DNA from: Lama guanicoe
Lineage: Eukaryota
DNA: 64,000 bases
Reading direction: 5' to 3'
Assembly (NCBI GenBank): GCA_013239625.1
Contig: MU054323.1
Coordinates: 20,729,082-20,793,081, forward strand
In this document: piece after piece, positions 1-13,254 of the stretch
Layout: each line of letters opens with the position of its first letter
How positions within the stretch are numbered: the first letter of the stretch is position 1
Program-made: the position numbers and the translations under genes
The notes under the pieces: generated by a model
Databases searched by the model: none
Told to the model about the DNA's origin: nothing
What the model saw: only the letters and a program-made list of their open reading frames with translations

Positions 1-650
1 GACAAGACAGACTATTTCATTATTAGCAGATCTAACTGTCACAAAGTTCTTTTTGGAGTTTTCACTAAGTGGCCCAATTCTACATTTTGAGGTTCCCTAT
101 GAGCCCTTTAGGCATTTTTTAAAAATTGAAGTATAGTCAATTACAATGTGTCAATTTCTGGTGTACAGCTTTAGGCATTTGAATTACAGCTATTATACCC
201 CCTCTCCTCTAGATGAAATACCCTACTTCCATCAACTATTCCCCAGATGATGGGGTTCACCCTCTCTCACTATTCTAAGCTGCATTCCTTTGGACATGCC
301 TCACCCCCTCTTCAGGCATGGCCCCACAGAATGGAACATGACTCTCCCTCGTGGTCTGGCCAGCAGGACTGTTACTTTCCCTGTTCTGACACGAGGTTCC
401 TGGAGTTGCATCACACCGTTGACTCATGTGGAGCATAAAGTCAACGGAAACCACAGGCCTTTCTTTTTTTACACGGTCTACTGATGGTGGTGAGTCATCC
501 ATGTCCCACCTTGTACTCAGGACTTAGATTAAGACTCCTTTTCTTTGTTCGTTTTAAACCCCAGCATATCCCTGTTCAGTTTTATCTCCCTGTTAAGTCT
601 TATGGTCTGCCTTTTGCTGACATCTTTTTGCATTCTCAGTTCTAATAAAA
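1..650 (-). mobile_element. Ancient CR1/L3 LINE fragment
   Basis: gtggtctggccagcaggactgttactttccctgttctgacac and gcatcacaccgttgactcatgtggagc resemble recalled reverse-strand L3 consensus; heavily diverged. Confidence 0.55.
118..168 (-). mobile_element. Extremely 5'-truncated L1 3' terminus (51 bp) with 12-bp TSD
   Basis: ctttaggcattt at 106-117 and 169-180 flanks ttgaagtatagtcaattacaatgtgtcaatttctggtgtacag, the reverse complement of an L1 3' end (compare 1540-1580). Confidence 0.8.
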
Positions 651-659
651 ATCTTGCCT

Positions 660-1255
660 GCTTACTATGAGCTGGGTGCTAAGTAAAATAAGAACATTGC
701 CTTTAAGGAGTTTATAGTCTAGTTTGAGAAAGAGAAATGAATGACCAAGTGACTCTGTTAAAGTGGTGGAAATGATCATCTGAGTCTTAAAGGGGAAGAG
801 AGGAGAGAGTATGTTGGACCACCAAAGGCAGAGCAAAGGTTTGAAGGCATAAAACAGAAAGGACCACGTGGGGAACTACAGGCAGTCTGACCTCAGCACA
901 GAATTCAAGGTGGGGAACAGCAGGAGATGAGGCCAGAGAAGCACTGTTTCTGGGACATGGAGAACCTCCTACGCCATGCACAGGAGCTTGGACATTCTTC
1001 TGCAGGCAAGGGGATGCCACTCAGGGGTTATTTTAAGAACAGTGAACATGTTCACTGACGTGTTCTTACTGCCAAGGGAATTAGAGGCAGGAATTAGAGG
1101 AATATTAGAGGCAGGGAGACCAGCTGAACAACCACTGCAGTAGTCTAAGAGAGAGATGATGAGGGTGATGAGGACCTAAAGTCAGGAAGAGGCAGGAATA
1201 AGATGCATTGGAGAAGCACTGAAGGAATAAAACCGGCAGCACTGGGGGACTGACT
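660..1255 (-). mobile_element. L2 LINE fragments
   Basis: L2-like phrases, e.g. gcctttaaggagtttatagtctag and gaggcagggagaccagctg...gcagtagtctaagagagagatgatgaggg. Confidence 0.55.
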
Positions 1256-1298
1256 ACGGCAGGCGTCCTGGGTACCTTGCATTAAAAAGGAATTTCAT

Positions 1299-1589
1299 AG
1301 ACTCACGGACATGGAAAACAAACTACTGCTACCAAAGCGGGAAGAGGGGTAGGGATAAATTAGGAGTTTGGTATTAACATAGACACATTACTATAAAACA
1401 GATAAACAGCAAGGACCTACTGTATAGTACAGGGAATTATATTCATTTTCTTGTAAAACCTATAATGGAAAAGAATCTGAAAACATATGTATAAATATAT
1501 ATGTAGGTATATGTATAACTGAATCGTGTTGCTGTTCACCTGAAACTAACATTGTAAATCAACTACACTTCAATCAAAAATAAAATTAA
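1299..1589 (+). mobile_element. L1 3' UTR fragment (cetartiodactyl type) with 15-bp TSD
   Basis: aaaaaggaatttcat at 1284-1298 and 1590-1604; body agactcacggacatggaaaacaaact...cacctgaaactaacattgtaaatcaactac followed by an A-rich tail. Confidence 0.88.
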
Positions 1590-2142
1590 AAAAAGGAATT
1601 TCATTTGTTTGGCGAGGAGTCAGAAACATGGCTCAGAGATCTATCTAGGCCATTCTGGATAATTTTTGGATGAACCTAGCTATCTGAAGGAGAGGTATCC
1701 CAGGCAGAGTGTCTAGTCCACTGGACTCAAGAGCTGGGTACCCAGATCCACTTGCTTCCTTTAGGACCTTGAAGAAGGATGATATTATCAAGAAGCCTGA
1801 GATCGAAGGCACCACCCCAAAGAAGGGGACCACGGGGGACATGCTCAGGAAGGGCTCCTGTGGGACCTCTTAGCCTGCACTGCCTGCAGAGTTCTGTATA
1901 ATCCCGTAAGTATGCACTGAGCATATAGTAGGTACTTTGGGAGACACAGAGATTCACAGCTGAGAAGAAAAATTACCTGTTGTCAAAGGGCTTTAAACTA
2001 TGGGAGGATAAAGACAACTACTAAAATTGCAAAATGCTTAGTGCCCTAAAATCATTAGTGAGAAAAGCTGACAACTGTTGAGTATTTATGTGCCAGACAC
2101 TATAGAATATTATATATCCATTATTTAATGCTATGAATAATA

Positions 2143-2536
2143 CTTTATTTTTATTTTTTATTGTAAGTATAGTCAGTTTACAACGCTGTGTTAATTTCCG
2201 GTATACAGCATAGCAATTCAGTTTTATTTGTCTTCACTATAGGCTATTACAAGGTACTGAACACAGTTCCTTGTGATATACAGTAAAACCTTGTTGCTTG
2301 TTTATATTATATATAATAGTATCTGCAAAGCCCAAATTCCTATTTTATCCCCCCCCCTTTTCCCCTGGTGACTGTAAGTTTGTCTTCTATGTTGTGAGTC
2401 TTTTTCTGTCTTGTAAATAAGTTTTTTTTTTAGATTCCACATATAATTGATATCATATGGTATTTTTTCTTTCTATTTCTGGCTTACTTCACTTAACATG
2501 ACAATCTCCAGGTCCATCCATGTTGCTGCAAATGAC
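2143..2536 (-). mobile_element. L1 3' end inserted among MIR-like fragments
   Basis: T-rich tail, tagattccacatat..., ctggcttacttcacttaacatgacaatctccaggtccatccatgttgctgcaaatg. Imperfect TSD aataatacttt / aataattacttt. MIR-like sequence at ~2580-2680. Confidence 0.82.
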
Positions 2537-3057
2537 AAATAATTACTTTTAGAATTGATGCTTGCTGAGTATTAGCACGTCAACAAGTACTCACTCACTT
2601 AATGAAGTAGGCACTGTTATTATTCACATTTTGCAGATAAGGAAACAGAAAGGTTAAGTTACTTGCCCAAGGACCCATAAGAAATAGGAGGCAAGGAGAA
2701 TACAAAAGCTGTAAGAATGACCAAAATGAATGCAATGTGCACCTATTTTCTATTGGAAGAAAGAAGTGGGGGAAAAGGGTAGAGGGCATTCAGGAGGGAA
2801 TAAAATTTAAGATGTGTGCTAAGACTGCTCAGAGGGAGAGGAAAGGGCAAATGCTCCGTGGAGTTGGGAGAGAGTAGACAAAGACAGACCTGGGAATAAG
2901 TTCACTGAATTATTGTGTCAACAGAGGTGCAGTAGGGGAGGTTAAGTCAGAGCCACAAGCTAGGAAGCTATCAGATGACATCCATTTAGGCACTTTCTCC
3001 AAACTGTTGCTTAGCAAAAATATTCTCTGTTGTGCAGCGAGATCCAATGAAGTGTCC

Positions 3058-3241
3058 TAGAGTTTCTCAAACTTGAGTGAGCATCAGAAACACCTGGAAG
3101 GCTTGTTAAACCACAGAGTGATGCCTGGGCCTCACCCCCAAAGTTTCTGATTCAGAAAGGGTATGTGTGAGTGTGTGTGGTGTGTGTGTGTGTGGTGTGT
3201 GTGTGTGGTGTGTGTGTGTGTGGTGTGTGTGTGTGTGTGTG

Positions 3242-3272
<31 letters not shown>

Positions 3273-3330
3273 TCCCCATCCTGGAGTCTTAAGACACCAA
3301 CAGGTAATTCTGCTATGGCTAAGACCGCTT
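3058..3330. mobile_element. MER5A-like hAT-Charlie element split by a microsatellite
   Basis: tttctcaaacttgagtgagcatcagaaacacctggaaggcttgttaaaccacaga...agtttctgattcag. Confidence 0.7.
3162..3272. repeat. Interrupted (GT)n microsatellite
   Basis: About 110 bp of TG repeats with periodic extra G. Confidence 0.97.
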
Positions 3331-5664
3331 AGGCTACAGCTTTCATAGGGCTTCAGAGGGTTTACGGGTGGGTAGGGAGGGGCTGCCGTTCTAAAGGGCA
3401 CAGCTGACTCCAGCCCAGTACTTCACCAGAGAAAATTCACTGGACCCCGTTTTCTCTTACCAATAAAAGCACCAAAGGAGGGGAAATCCCCAAGAATTCA
3501 AAAGAATAAAAAGGCCCCTAGCAGGCAGGCCTTTGATGCTGGCTCACTATTTACAGGTTCTGTTCTAGGTCTCGGGTGTAGCAGTGATTTGGAAAGACCA
3601 GGCCCCACTCTCATGGCGTTCCCGTTCAGGTGGGGACCGCAGAACACCCTCCCCGCCAGGGCCAGAGGGAGGGCGTCTCCGGGTGGGATAGGAGGTTGGC
3701 GTTAGAAATGCCCAACCCTTTAATAAAAGCAGCAGCAGAGACTGAAAAAGACGCATTGCTTTCCTCTCTAGCACAGCGGTTTCTCAGCCCAGGAGGTACA
3801 TTAAATTTATCTGGAGAGCTTTAGAAAAACACTCATGTCAGGGGGACACTTGACCCCATCTCTGGGGCGAGCCTGGTTTCAAAGTGACCCGGGTGATGAT
3901 AGTGCGCAGCTGGGGTTGATGGCTACCGTTTTACGGCCTCTGCACCACACAGCGGGTAGAGTTCATCAAATGGTTTCACAACCAGAATTTCTCCTGAGTG
4001 AAGCACTGTTTTGTGTCCTGCCCTACCAAATGTATTTCAAAGTCTAGATTAACACGGACCACCTATCTCCATTTCTGTGAGCGCCTGTTGCCCGCAGGAC
4101 ACAAAAAACTGAAGTCAGTTCTTTGATAGCAATCAGTTCTTCTTCAGGCTGAGGTCTGGCAACCCTTTTCTCTAGAAGATAACTTTTTTACTTGCAATTT
4201 CAATTTTGATTGCTTTGGGTTGCCTCCTTTCTATCTATCTTGGAAAGGCAAGTTTCCAATGAAAGAATCAAGCCCCTCCCCTTTAATGACTCCATCTTAT
4301 TTTTCATTAATTAGATGATTTTTTGCAAACTTTTGTTAACTGGGAGTTTTTTTTTTCAGCCCTCCTTGTCTGGAACATCTTTGGATTTTTCTCAACAGTG
4401 TAGTCATTTTAGTCACCCAAGTATGTGTGACTGATTCTAAACATCCAATTTGATTTCATTTTTGAGATTAACTTTTTTTTTCTTCCTCTTTAGAGCAAAC
4501 ATTTTGTAGCCTTCAGAGGAAGAGCTTAATGGCTGGGCTCACTCGGAAGGACAATACCTCCTGCCGTGCTATGTCCTGGGTCAATGGAGAAATAATTCCC
4601 AAGCTTAGAATTCAAGTACCAATCAAATATCAAAAAGAATGTGACAGACTGGTATCAGTTGCCAACATTTTATTTTGTAAAGAAAGGATGTTTAAAAAAA
4701 AAACCTACCATATCTGTTATCATTTCAAGAAAGATGGCTATTGAACACCAAAAAAGTAGAAAATTCATAGTGTCATCATTAAGGACAATTCTTTAAAGAA
4801 ATGTGGATTTAAGAAAAATTTGCTACAGTGTCATTTTGCAGTAGTTTTATTGTGAAAATGTCACCAGGGAGCAGCAATAGGGAACTGCAGCTTTGAAGAA
4901 GCTGATGGAAGCTTCCTGAGGTTGATCCATTTGGAGGGTGTGACTACCTGAGATTTCCTAGAGAGGAACAGAGGGACTTTGCTGAGTCCCCCAGGACACC
5001 AAGCAGAGCACAGTGGCCCATTCACACCATTCCCTCTGGGAGTCTCAGATGCGTTATTTTAGCAGTTTTGGTTCTTTGGCGAGTTGCAGGTTTCAGTGTT
5101 ATGTCTGCAACCTGAACAGTGATTGCTTAAATTAACTGGATGTCAAAGCTGCCACTCCCTAACCAACCGAGGTAGGGCACTAACATCACCCCCAGCTGCT
5201 GAAAGAGGATTTAGAAGCAGCATTACCTTGAGCAAGGATTCCCTGATTCTGGTTTTTTTTTTTTTGGGAAGTCTGTCTCCTCCTCAGAGAAGAAGCATAT
5301 CTCCAAAGGGAAGGCCTATGCTTCACTTGTCTTTGATCTTCTGAGCTACTTATACAGGTTTTTTTAAAAAAAAATCTACAGAATCTTAAAAGATGCATGT
5401 TAATCTAAACAGCTTTAACAAGGGCATTCTGGAAAACAATGGGTGATAATGGGTAATGGGTGATATCGTTACCATATAATTATGGATAGAGTGGAGTTTC
5501 ACCATAAGAGCATTTAATTTTGGTGAATTTAACTCTTAAGTACTCAGCAAATAGAGAGAGAGTCTGAAACACAGCAATTAAAAGAGAGAGGGCAGTTTCA
5601 CCCAACATCCCAGTCACGGAACAAACCCCCGGAAGGGGGGTGGTTGTGCTGTTACCTCAGACCG

Positions 5665-5805
5665 GTGGTTCTCAAACTGTGGCGCGCTCACCTCCAGAGT
5701 TCCTGATCCAGGAGGGCTGGGGCAGGGCCCCCAAGTCGCATTCCTGACAAATCCTGGGGTGATGCCGAGGCTGCTGATGCAGGGACCACACTTTAAGAAC
5801 CACGA
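5665..5805. mobile_element. MER5A-like element
   Basis: gtggttctcaaact...gcattcctgacaaatcctggggtgatgccgaggctgctgatgcagggaccacactttaagaaccac, with terminal inverted ends. Confidence 0.75.
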
Positions 5806-8800
5806 CCTCAGACCATCTGAGATCATCGTGCTTCTCGCAGTGTAAACATCTTGCTGTGCTGAACGTGTATAATTCAAGTGTTTAATGGTATTTGTTTTTA
5901 GACACCATGGCCCCTAATCATATGTCAACCCCTTCATCTAGTGCTCAACCAAAGAGCTCCTGAATATTACATGGTTGCTGGCCTTCCCTGTTATGTCACA
6001 AACCAAGATGGCCTGATTGTTTTGTGCTGAACTGGCCCAAATAAAAGGGGCCAGAAGGAGTAGGTGTACAGGCCCAAAGCGACAGTGTTTCCTTAGCCCC
6101 AGCAGACACGGTTACAGAGGACGCTAAAACTCCAGTAATCACAGCAAACGTGTTCTACTTATAAGCAGCAATGAGAATCTGTGAAGGGCGAAGGATCCTT
6201 CTCAGGATTGAAAAGGCCAACCACACAGAAAAAAAACAGTTTCACTGCTATGGGGTAAGTCACTTACTGGGGACACTGTGTAAATGGCAATGATGCTGAT
6301 TGTGTCACCATGGTGGTCACTTGCCACTGAGCCTCAGAACAAGGTTCTTCATTCTGCCTGACCTTTCATACGCTGTTCCCTCTGTCTTGAAGGCAATGAA
6401 TGAACGAACAAGAGAGTAGATTTCTCTTTCATATGGTGTAAAGGCTCTGAATTCTGTTACCAGTAGGTCAAGAAAGGTTTGCAGAAGTTTCCTCTATCTT
6501 CCCCTTCTGTACCAGAATCTCTACTCCTCCTTAAAAAAGTGGAGAGTGAGGAAATATGAAGCAGATTTCGGCAGATACGAAGCGTAGGGAGATGGCCAGC
6601 TTTTTCTGTTTCAAAGAATTATAGCTCTGGTCAGAGAGACCTGTAATCAGATCCAAAAAAGTTCTTATCTGGAACATTTGATAAACTGGTTCTAAAAATA
6701 ATCACAGATGATCATTTGTACACTCTGTGAATGTTGATGTCCCGTTATGCAATTTCTCTGTTAAAAAAAATTCTATTTGGAGAGAAAAGGCAACCATAGG
6801 AACTACAACAACAACTCAGTAACAAAAAAATCAACTGATTTAATACATCTTGGCTTCTTCTTATCGAAGGGAAATTCCATTCTTCTATTTAATCCTCTGC
6901 CCCTCCCTGTGAACCGTAATCCTGACCCGAGGGGCCCCTCCAGTTACAAACATGTAAGAATGACCCGGGGGGAAGGGTCTGGAGACTAATTTTGTCTTGA
7001 GAAGCGCCCCGAACTGGTCCTGGTTGTTTATTTCTTGCCTACTTTTGTTTCTAGGTCTCTGAACCCCTTCACGCCCTGCTTACACAGGCGTGGCCCCCGA
7101 CCCACATCCCTCTGAAAACATTCCCCCCTTCCCTTGCCCCGGCATCCTCTCGAAGTATTTTTTAAGCACAAAATTCCTTCTCTGCTGTTGAGGAAGAAGA
7201 ATGAGCTCCTGAGAAATACTATTTGAAGACTATCTAGTTAATCCAGAAAATAAAACTAGTCCCTGGGGCTTGGGAGACAGGCAGTCCGAGGAGCTGGGAA
7301 AGGATTTGGGGAGGCTGAAAATGAGCTCCTCAGGCACTGGGTGGGACCAACAGTTTGTACTTCTTGCCTCCACCCACCCACCATCCCGTCCCTACCTCTG
7401 CCCAACACAGGGAGGAAGTCAGGAAATACTTGTGGATAAACACATGACAACGCAGAGACACAAACATGAAATTACTTCTAAGCATACTTCTGCTTTTGGT
7501 TGTCAGCGAATTGCTCCTGGGGACAAGACTGGGAAATCAGGAACTTCTTTATCATCACACCTTAGACATCCCTGTTTAATTGAACCTTTTCCCCACAAAG
7601 GACCTCAGGCTTCTCTTCCACCCTTAGGCAACGAGATACACTGTGAAACCAACTAGAGAGTCTGCGAAGATTCCTTTAAATAACTGGGGCTTACCTCTGA
7701 TGTCTCATCTGTAATGAGAGGCTAGGACCACTGATCTCACACTACAGTTTACCGTTCTGGGAGAAACAGACTCTAAGACGGAAGAGGTTCCTGGCACCAC
7801 TAGACTACATCAACACTTACAGGAATGTTGCTGCAAGGTACAGCTTACAGCTGGCAAGTCCAACAGAATCTCGTTGGACTGGGAATGCTACTTAATGTGC
7901 AGCCTGGCTCCAACACGGAAGGAGGGAGTAAGTAAATTTTGCCAGATGGGCAATGCAGGTGAGCCTGGGAGTAAGTGGACCTGCCCAAGGGACCTGCCAA
8001 AGCTATTTCCTACCTGGGATGAGGTGACCATTCATTTCTTTGTTCTTGTTATCAATTTTACTTCCTAATAGCTGCTTTTCTACCAATGCTGGATTTTTCC
8101 TTTCTTGTAATGTTACTTTTCATGGAGTTTTCACAAATTTTTTTCATGTGACCTTCACCCCAATCCTCTGGGGGTATTATCCCTATTTTATAATGAGGAA
8201 CCAAGAGGTTTCAAAACAATGTGATGAAGTGATTTCTGTTTCATCCCACAAAGGTTTAACTGCTACAGGAATTGCCTTTTGCCATAAGCAACTAGAAAAC
8301 TAGACAAATGTATGAATTATTGTTTTTAAACTTCAGACATGGGCAGTACAGGACTGTGATCCCTGAGAGATGGAAACAAGGGAAGCCTCATAGCTGCCCA
8401 GACTACTACCTAGAGGCAACTTCCATGTCCCAGAAGAGTGGCGGGAGTGGGAGGGGAACCCAGGGCTCAGAGGTCTTGATGAGCTAGAACAACTGGATAG
8501 TCATATGAAAAAATAAAAAAGAGAACCTTATTTCACGACATATATGAAAATTAGCTCAACGTGGATCATAGATCTAGATGTAAAACCTTAAATATCAAAC
8601 TTTAGAAGAAAACATGAGAGAACATCTTTGTGACCTCAGGATAGGCAAAGACTTCTTTGCTAGGGCACAAAAGGCATAAAACGTGGCAAAAATTGATAAA
8701 TCGGACTTCATCAAAATTAAAACCATTTGCTCTTCATAAGACATTGTTAAGAAAAAAAAAAGACAAGCAACAGAGAGGGAGAAAATATTTGAAAAATATT

Positions 8801-9738
8801 TATCAACGTATTTGGTCATAAGGGAAATGCAAATTAAAATCACAATGAGACAACACTACACATTTCCCAGAATGGCTAACATTTATGAGGGACAATACCA
8901 AATTTAGATGAGGATGCAGACTAACTGGACCTCTCCTGCATTGCTGGTGGGGGCAAAGTGGTAAGGCCCTTTGGAAAACAGTTTGGCAGATCCTTATAAC
9001 TTAAACAATTCTTATCATATGAACCAGTAATCCCTTTCCTAGGTTTTACTTAAGGAAGATAAAAATATATGGCTACACAAATACTTCTATGTGAACGCTC
9101 AGAGCTGCATATTCCCAACTTCCAAAAAGTGGAAGTGTCAAAATGTATTTCAACTAGTGAATTAATATAAGTGAACCATGCATATGATGGAATGCTACTC
9201 AGCAAGAAAAAGTTATGACTCACATCCTATTAATAAAGGACAAAAATCACATGATCATCTCAACAGATATAGAAAAAGAATGTGACAAAATTCAACACCC
9301 TTTCATGATAAAAACACTCAACAGGAAAGAAACAGATGGGATTTCTTTAACCTGATAAAGGGCATCTATGAAAAACCCATAGCTAACACCTGACTTGATG
9401 GTGAAAGACTAACAGATCTCCCCCTAAGATAAGGAGCAAGACATGGATGTTTGCTCTTGCCACTTCTATTTAACGTTGTACTGGAAGTTCTAGCCAGAGC
9501 AATCAGGCAAGGAAAATAAATAAAAGGCATCCAGATTGGAGAGGAAGAAGTTAAACCTATCTCTACTGCACATGACATGATCTCATACACAGAAACTTCC
9601 AAGAAGTCCATAAAAACAAACAAACAAACAATCTGAATTAATAAGTGAGTTCAGTAAGGTCATGTGATAAAAGATAAATATACAAATATCAACTATAGTT
9701 CTGTATATTAGCATGAACAATCCAAAATTGAAATTAAG

Positions 9739-9831
9739 TGGGGGTATAGTTCAGTGGTAGAATGAGTGCTTGGCAAGCACAAGGTCCTAGGTCCAATCCC
9801 CAGTGACTCTGTTAAGGGGAAACATCTTTTA
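9739..9831 (+). mobile_element. tRNA-derived SINE (camelid type) with 15-bp TSD
   Basis: A-box tagttcagtgg, degenerate B-box ggtccaatcc; TSD aaaattgaaattaag at 9724-9738 and 9832-9846. Confidence 0.88.
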
Positions 9832-10251
9832 AAAATTGAAATTAAGAAAATAATTCCATTTATAACATCACTGAAATAAAATAGGAATAAGTTTTTGAAC
9901 GGAAGATGCTCATGATATGTACACTGAAAACTACAAAACATCACTGAAAGAACTTGAAGACTTAAATAAATGGAAGGACACTCTGTCCTGATCTGAATAT
10001 CTGAAGACATAGTATTGTAATAATGACAATACTCCTTAAATTGAACTACAGATTTAACATAATATCTATCAAAATCCTAGTTGGCTTTTCTTTTATTTTT
10101 GCAGAAATTGACAAGCTGATCCTAAAATCTGTATGAAAATAAGAGACACAGTCAAAACAATCTAGAAAATGAAGAACAAAGACGGAAGACTCACATATCC
10201 TGATTTCAAAGTTACTACGAAACAATGATAATCTAGACAGTGTAGTCCTAG

Positions 10252-10385
10252 GGGGTAGGGTATAGCTCAGTGGCAGAGTGCCTGCTTAGCATACACGAGG
10301 TCCTGGGTTCAGTCTCCAGTGCCTCCATTAACATAATAAGTAAATAAATAAACCTAATTACCTCCCCCCACAAAAAAACCCCAAA
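10252..10385 (+). mobile_element. tRNA-derived SINE (camelid type, long-tail form) with 17-bp TSD
   Basis: ggtatagctcagtggcagagtgcctgcttagcatacacgaggtcctgggttcagtc; TSD agacagtgtagtcctag at 10235-10251 and 10386-10402. Confidence 0.92.
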
Positions 10386-13254
10386 AGACAGTGTAGTCCT
10401 AGTACAAGGACAGACACATAGGTCGATGGAATAAAACTGAGAATCCAGAAATAAATCCATATATTTATAGTCACTTGATTTTCTGATTGACCCAGTGCCA
10501 AGACAGTTCATCGGGAAAAGGATAAGTCTTTTAAACAAATAGTGTTGAGAAAGATGGATAGCCACATGCAAAAGGATGAAGCTGGGCCTGTACCTCACAC
10601 CAAATGCAAAAATTAATTCAAAACGGATCAGAAACCTAAAACTTAAGAGATAAAACTATCAAATTCTTAAGAAGAAAATGGATACAAATTTTTGTAACCT
10701 TGGATTAGGCAACAGTTTTTTAGATATGACATCAAAAGCATAAGCAATGAAAGAAAAAAACATACACTGGACTGCATCAAAACTAAAAACTTGTACATTT
10801 AAGGACATTATCACAGAAGTGAAAAGTCAACCCACAGAATGGGAAGAAGTATTTGCAAATCGTCTGATAAGGGATTCATATCCAGAATATATAAAAAACT
10901 CTTACAACTCAAGAATGAAAAGACAAATAACCCAAAGGATTAGAGCAGACATTTCTCTAAAGAAGGTGCACAAATGGCCCATCAGTATTAGAAAAGATCC
11001 TCAACATCATTAGCCATTAGGGAAATGCAAATCAAAAGCACAATGAAATACTACTTCACACCCACCAGGATGGCTATAATCAAAAGATGGACAATAACAA
11101 CTACTGTTGAAGATGAGGAGAAATTGGAAACCTCAAAGTTGCTGATGGGAATGTAAAATGGTGCAGTCCCTTTGGGAAAAGTTTGGCAATTCCTCAAAAA
11201 GTTCAAGTTGGCATACGGCCCAGTAGTTCTACTGCTAGGTAAATACCCAAGGGAATTGAAAACATATGTCTCCACAAAAACTTGTCCATGAATAGCATTA
11301 TTCATAACAGCCAAAAGATGTAAACAACCCAAATGTCCATCAACTGTTGAATAAACAAAACATGGTATATCACCAATGGAATATCATTCAGCCATAAAAA
11401 AGAATAGAGTGTTGATTCATCCTACAATATGGATAAACCTTGAAAACATTGTTAAGTGAAAGAATCCAGACACAAAAGGCCACATGTTGTAAGATTCCAT
11501 TTATATGAAATGTCTAGAATAAGCTTGCAAAAACAGCTTGCCTAACTAATTTAATTGACATGGGCAACTAGTTTCAGATTATCTGTGATGAGGGGGGCTA
11601 AATGGGGCAAGACAGGAACACACAGAAAACTGAAATCACAGATGTTCTGAGATATCAGCTGCCCATTTGCACACTATTTTACTCCTGGAGTGGAAATGTG
11701 AGTAAGAAGGTTTCATGACATGGTTCTTGGCCATGCTCTCAACACTATTAACTTTGGTCACAGGAATGGACAGTGGACCAAGAACTAAGAAAGCTTGACT
11801 TTTTCACCAACCAGCTTTGTGACCTTGGGCAAGTCACTTAATTGCTACAGTTTCCACTCTACCTACTGATTAACTGATTTTTAAACTCTAAAATTCTAAG
11901 AATTATGGACCAACATACTCAGCATCGGGCTTGGAATTAACAAGGGGTAAACACCACATGAACCTAGCAATCTAATAACACATCCTGTATTATTCTGACT
12001 TCCGAAAGGCAGCTAGAAATCATCTGCTTATTTTAGGAGCTCACTGTTCCCTGGGAAAGATACTTTTGGCAAAAGCAACAGTTCAGATGACAGTCCAGAT
12101 GACATTCCCAGTGTTTGGGAGAAAAGCAACTAATTTATTGACAACAAAGCCTTTTTTTTTTTTTGAAATTTTGTAGCTGCAGGCCCAGAAATACAAAGTC
12201 CCCAGAAGACTCTAACAATATGTTCTCAATTCCCTTTTATCTCCCACCCAAGAGCTGAGAGAATAGCACCAACTGTGTCATATTAAACACATCTGCATCC
12301 AACACCGATAAAAGTGCATGACCGCGGGAACAGATAAGGATTGTTTTCAATTTGTTCAGATGGAATTGGTTAAATGTAACCTAATTAGACCAAATAATCA
12401 AAGCAGGTGTTTGTAGGTTGCCAATGTTTTCATTCTCTGTAATTGTTTGGCTATATTTCCCGGGAACTTAGGTAAAGAAAGTTAATACGTCATGAAAATC
12501 ATTGACCTTGTATTTATTCATGTCACACATATATTATTCATGTTCTAGGCAGTACAAATACAAGGCATCGTTGAATACTTCTCACAGGTTTTACCATTTA
12601 ACCATCATCAACATCGAAGCTGGCCTTTGGGAGGGCTTACATTACCAAACTTCCATTGTATAAATACAGCAGCAAAAATGAGAGCCTGTCTTCTAATCTT
12701 ATACTGATCTACGAAGCACGTTGACTTGGCATTTAAGACTATTTAGGGATTCTGACTTCATGCTCACAAGCTGGTCACTTTTAAAGCATTTAGAAGAAAA
12801 ATAATAACAATAACAAAAGTTACATTCCATTTAAAACAAAATGTTTATTGCACTTGGCAGAATGGTAAGATCCGAACTATAAATGCCAACTAACACAGAA
12901 ACCACAAAGTGCAGTCACCAGCAGCCTGGTATTGGGACGGCTTTTGTTCAGGGGCTTAGGTTAAAGGGAAAAGGGGCAGGTGGCTGTTCGCGAGTGTCAA
13001 GCTTTCTCTTTCTAGTAACTGCTCCAGTCCCTGCATGCTTTCTTATTATTCCATATACCCTGGGAATGGGAGACAGAAATGAGGCAAGAAAGTCCCCATA
13101 AAAACTTCTGAAAAGGGGATCCCTCTGGGAGCTGAGGATTCTGCAGGAGGGGCAGGAGCCTGGGAAACTGAGTCAACAGAGGGTTCAGGGCACCCCTCCC
13201 TGAGACAGTGAGTGCTTTTCCTGACTCGGGCCTGAGCGTGCTGCAGGGCCACGG

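Larger units (their letters stand above)
8270..11520 (+). mobile_element. Composite old L1 (L1M-type) ORF2/3' UTR fragments, antisense to THADA, interrupted by two SINEs
   Basis: Degenerate ORF2: aaaattcaacaccctttcatgataaaaacactc, decayed FADDM motif near 9565-9580, 3' ORF2 gaaatgcaaatcaaaagcacaatgaaatac. A separate older 3' ORF2 piece at ~8490-9230. Many stops and frameshifts. Confidence 0.9.

Noticed and set aside
3163..3348. Cys/Val-rich and His/Thr-rich ORFs
   Set aside because: Translations of the GT microsatellite.
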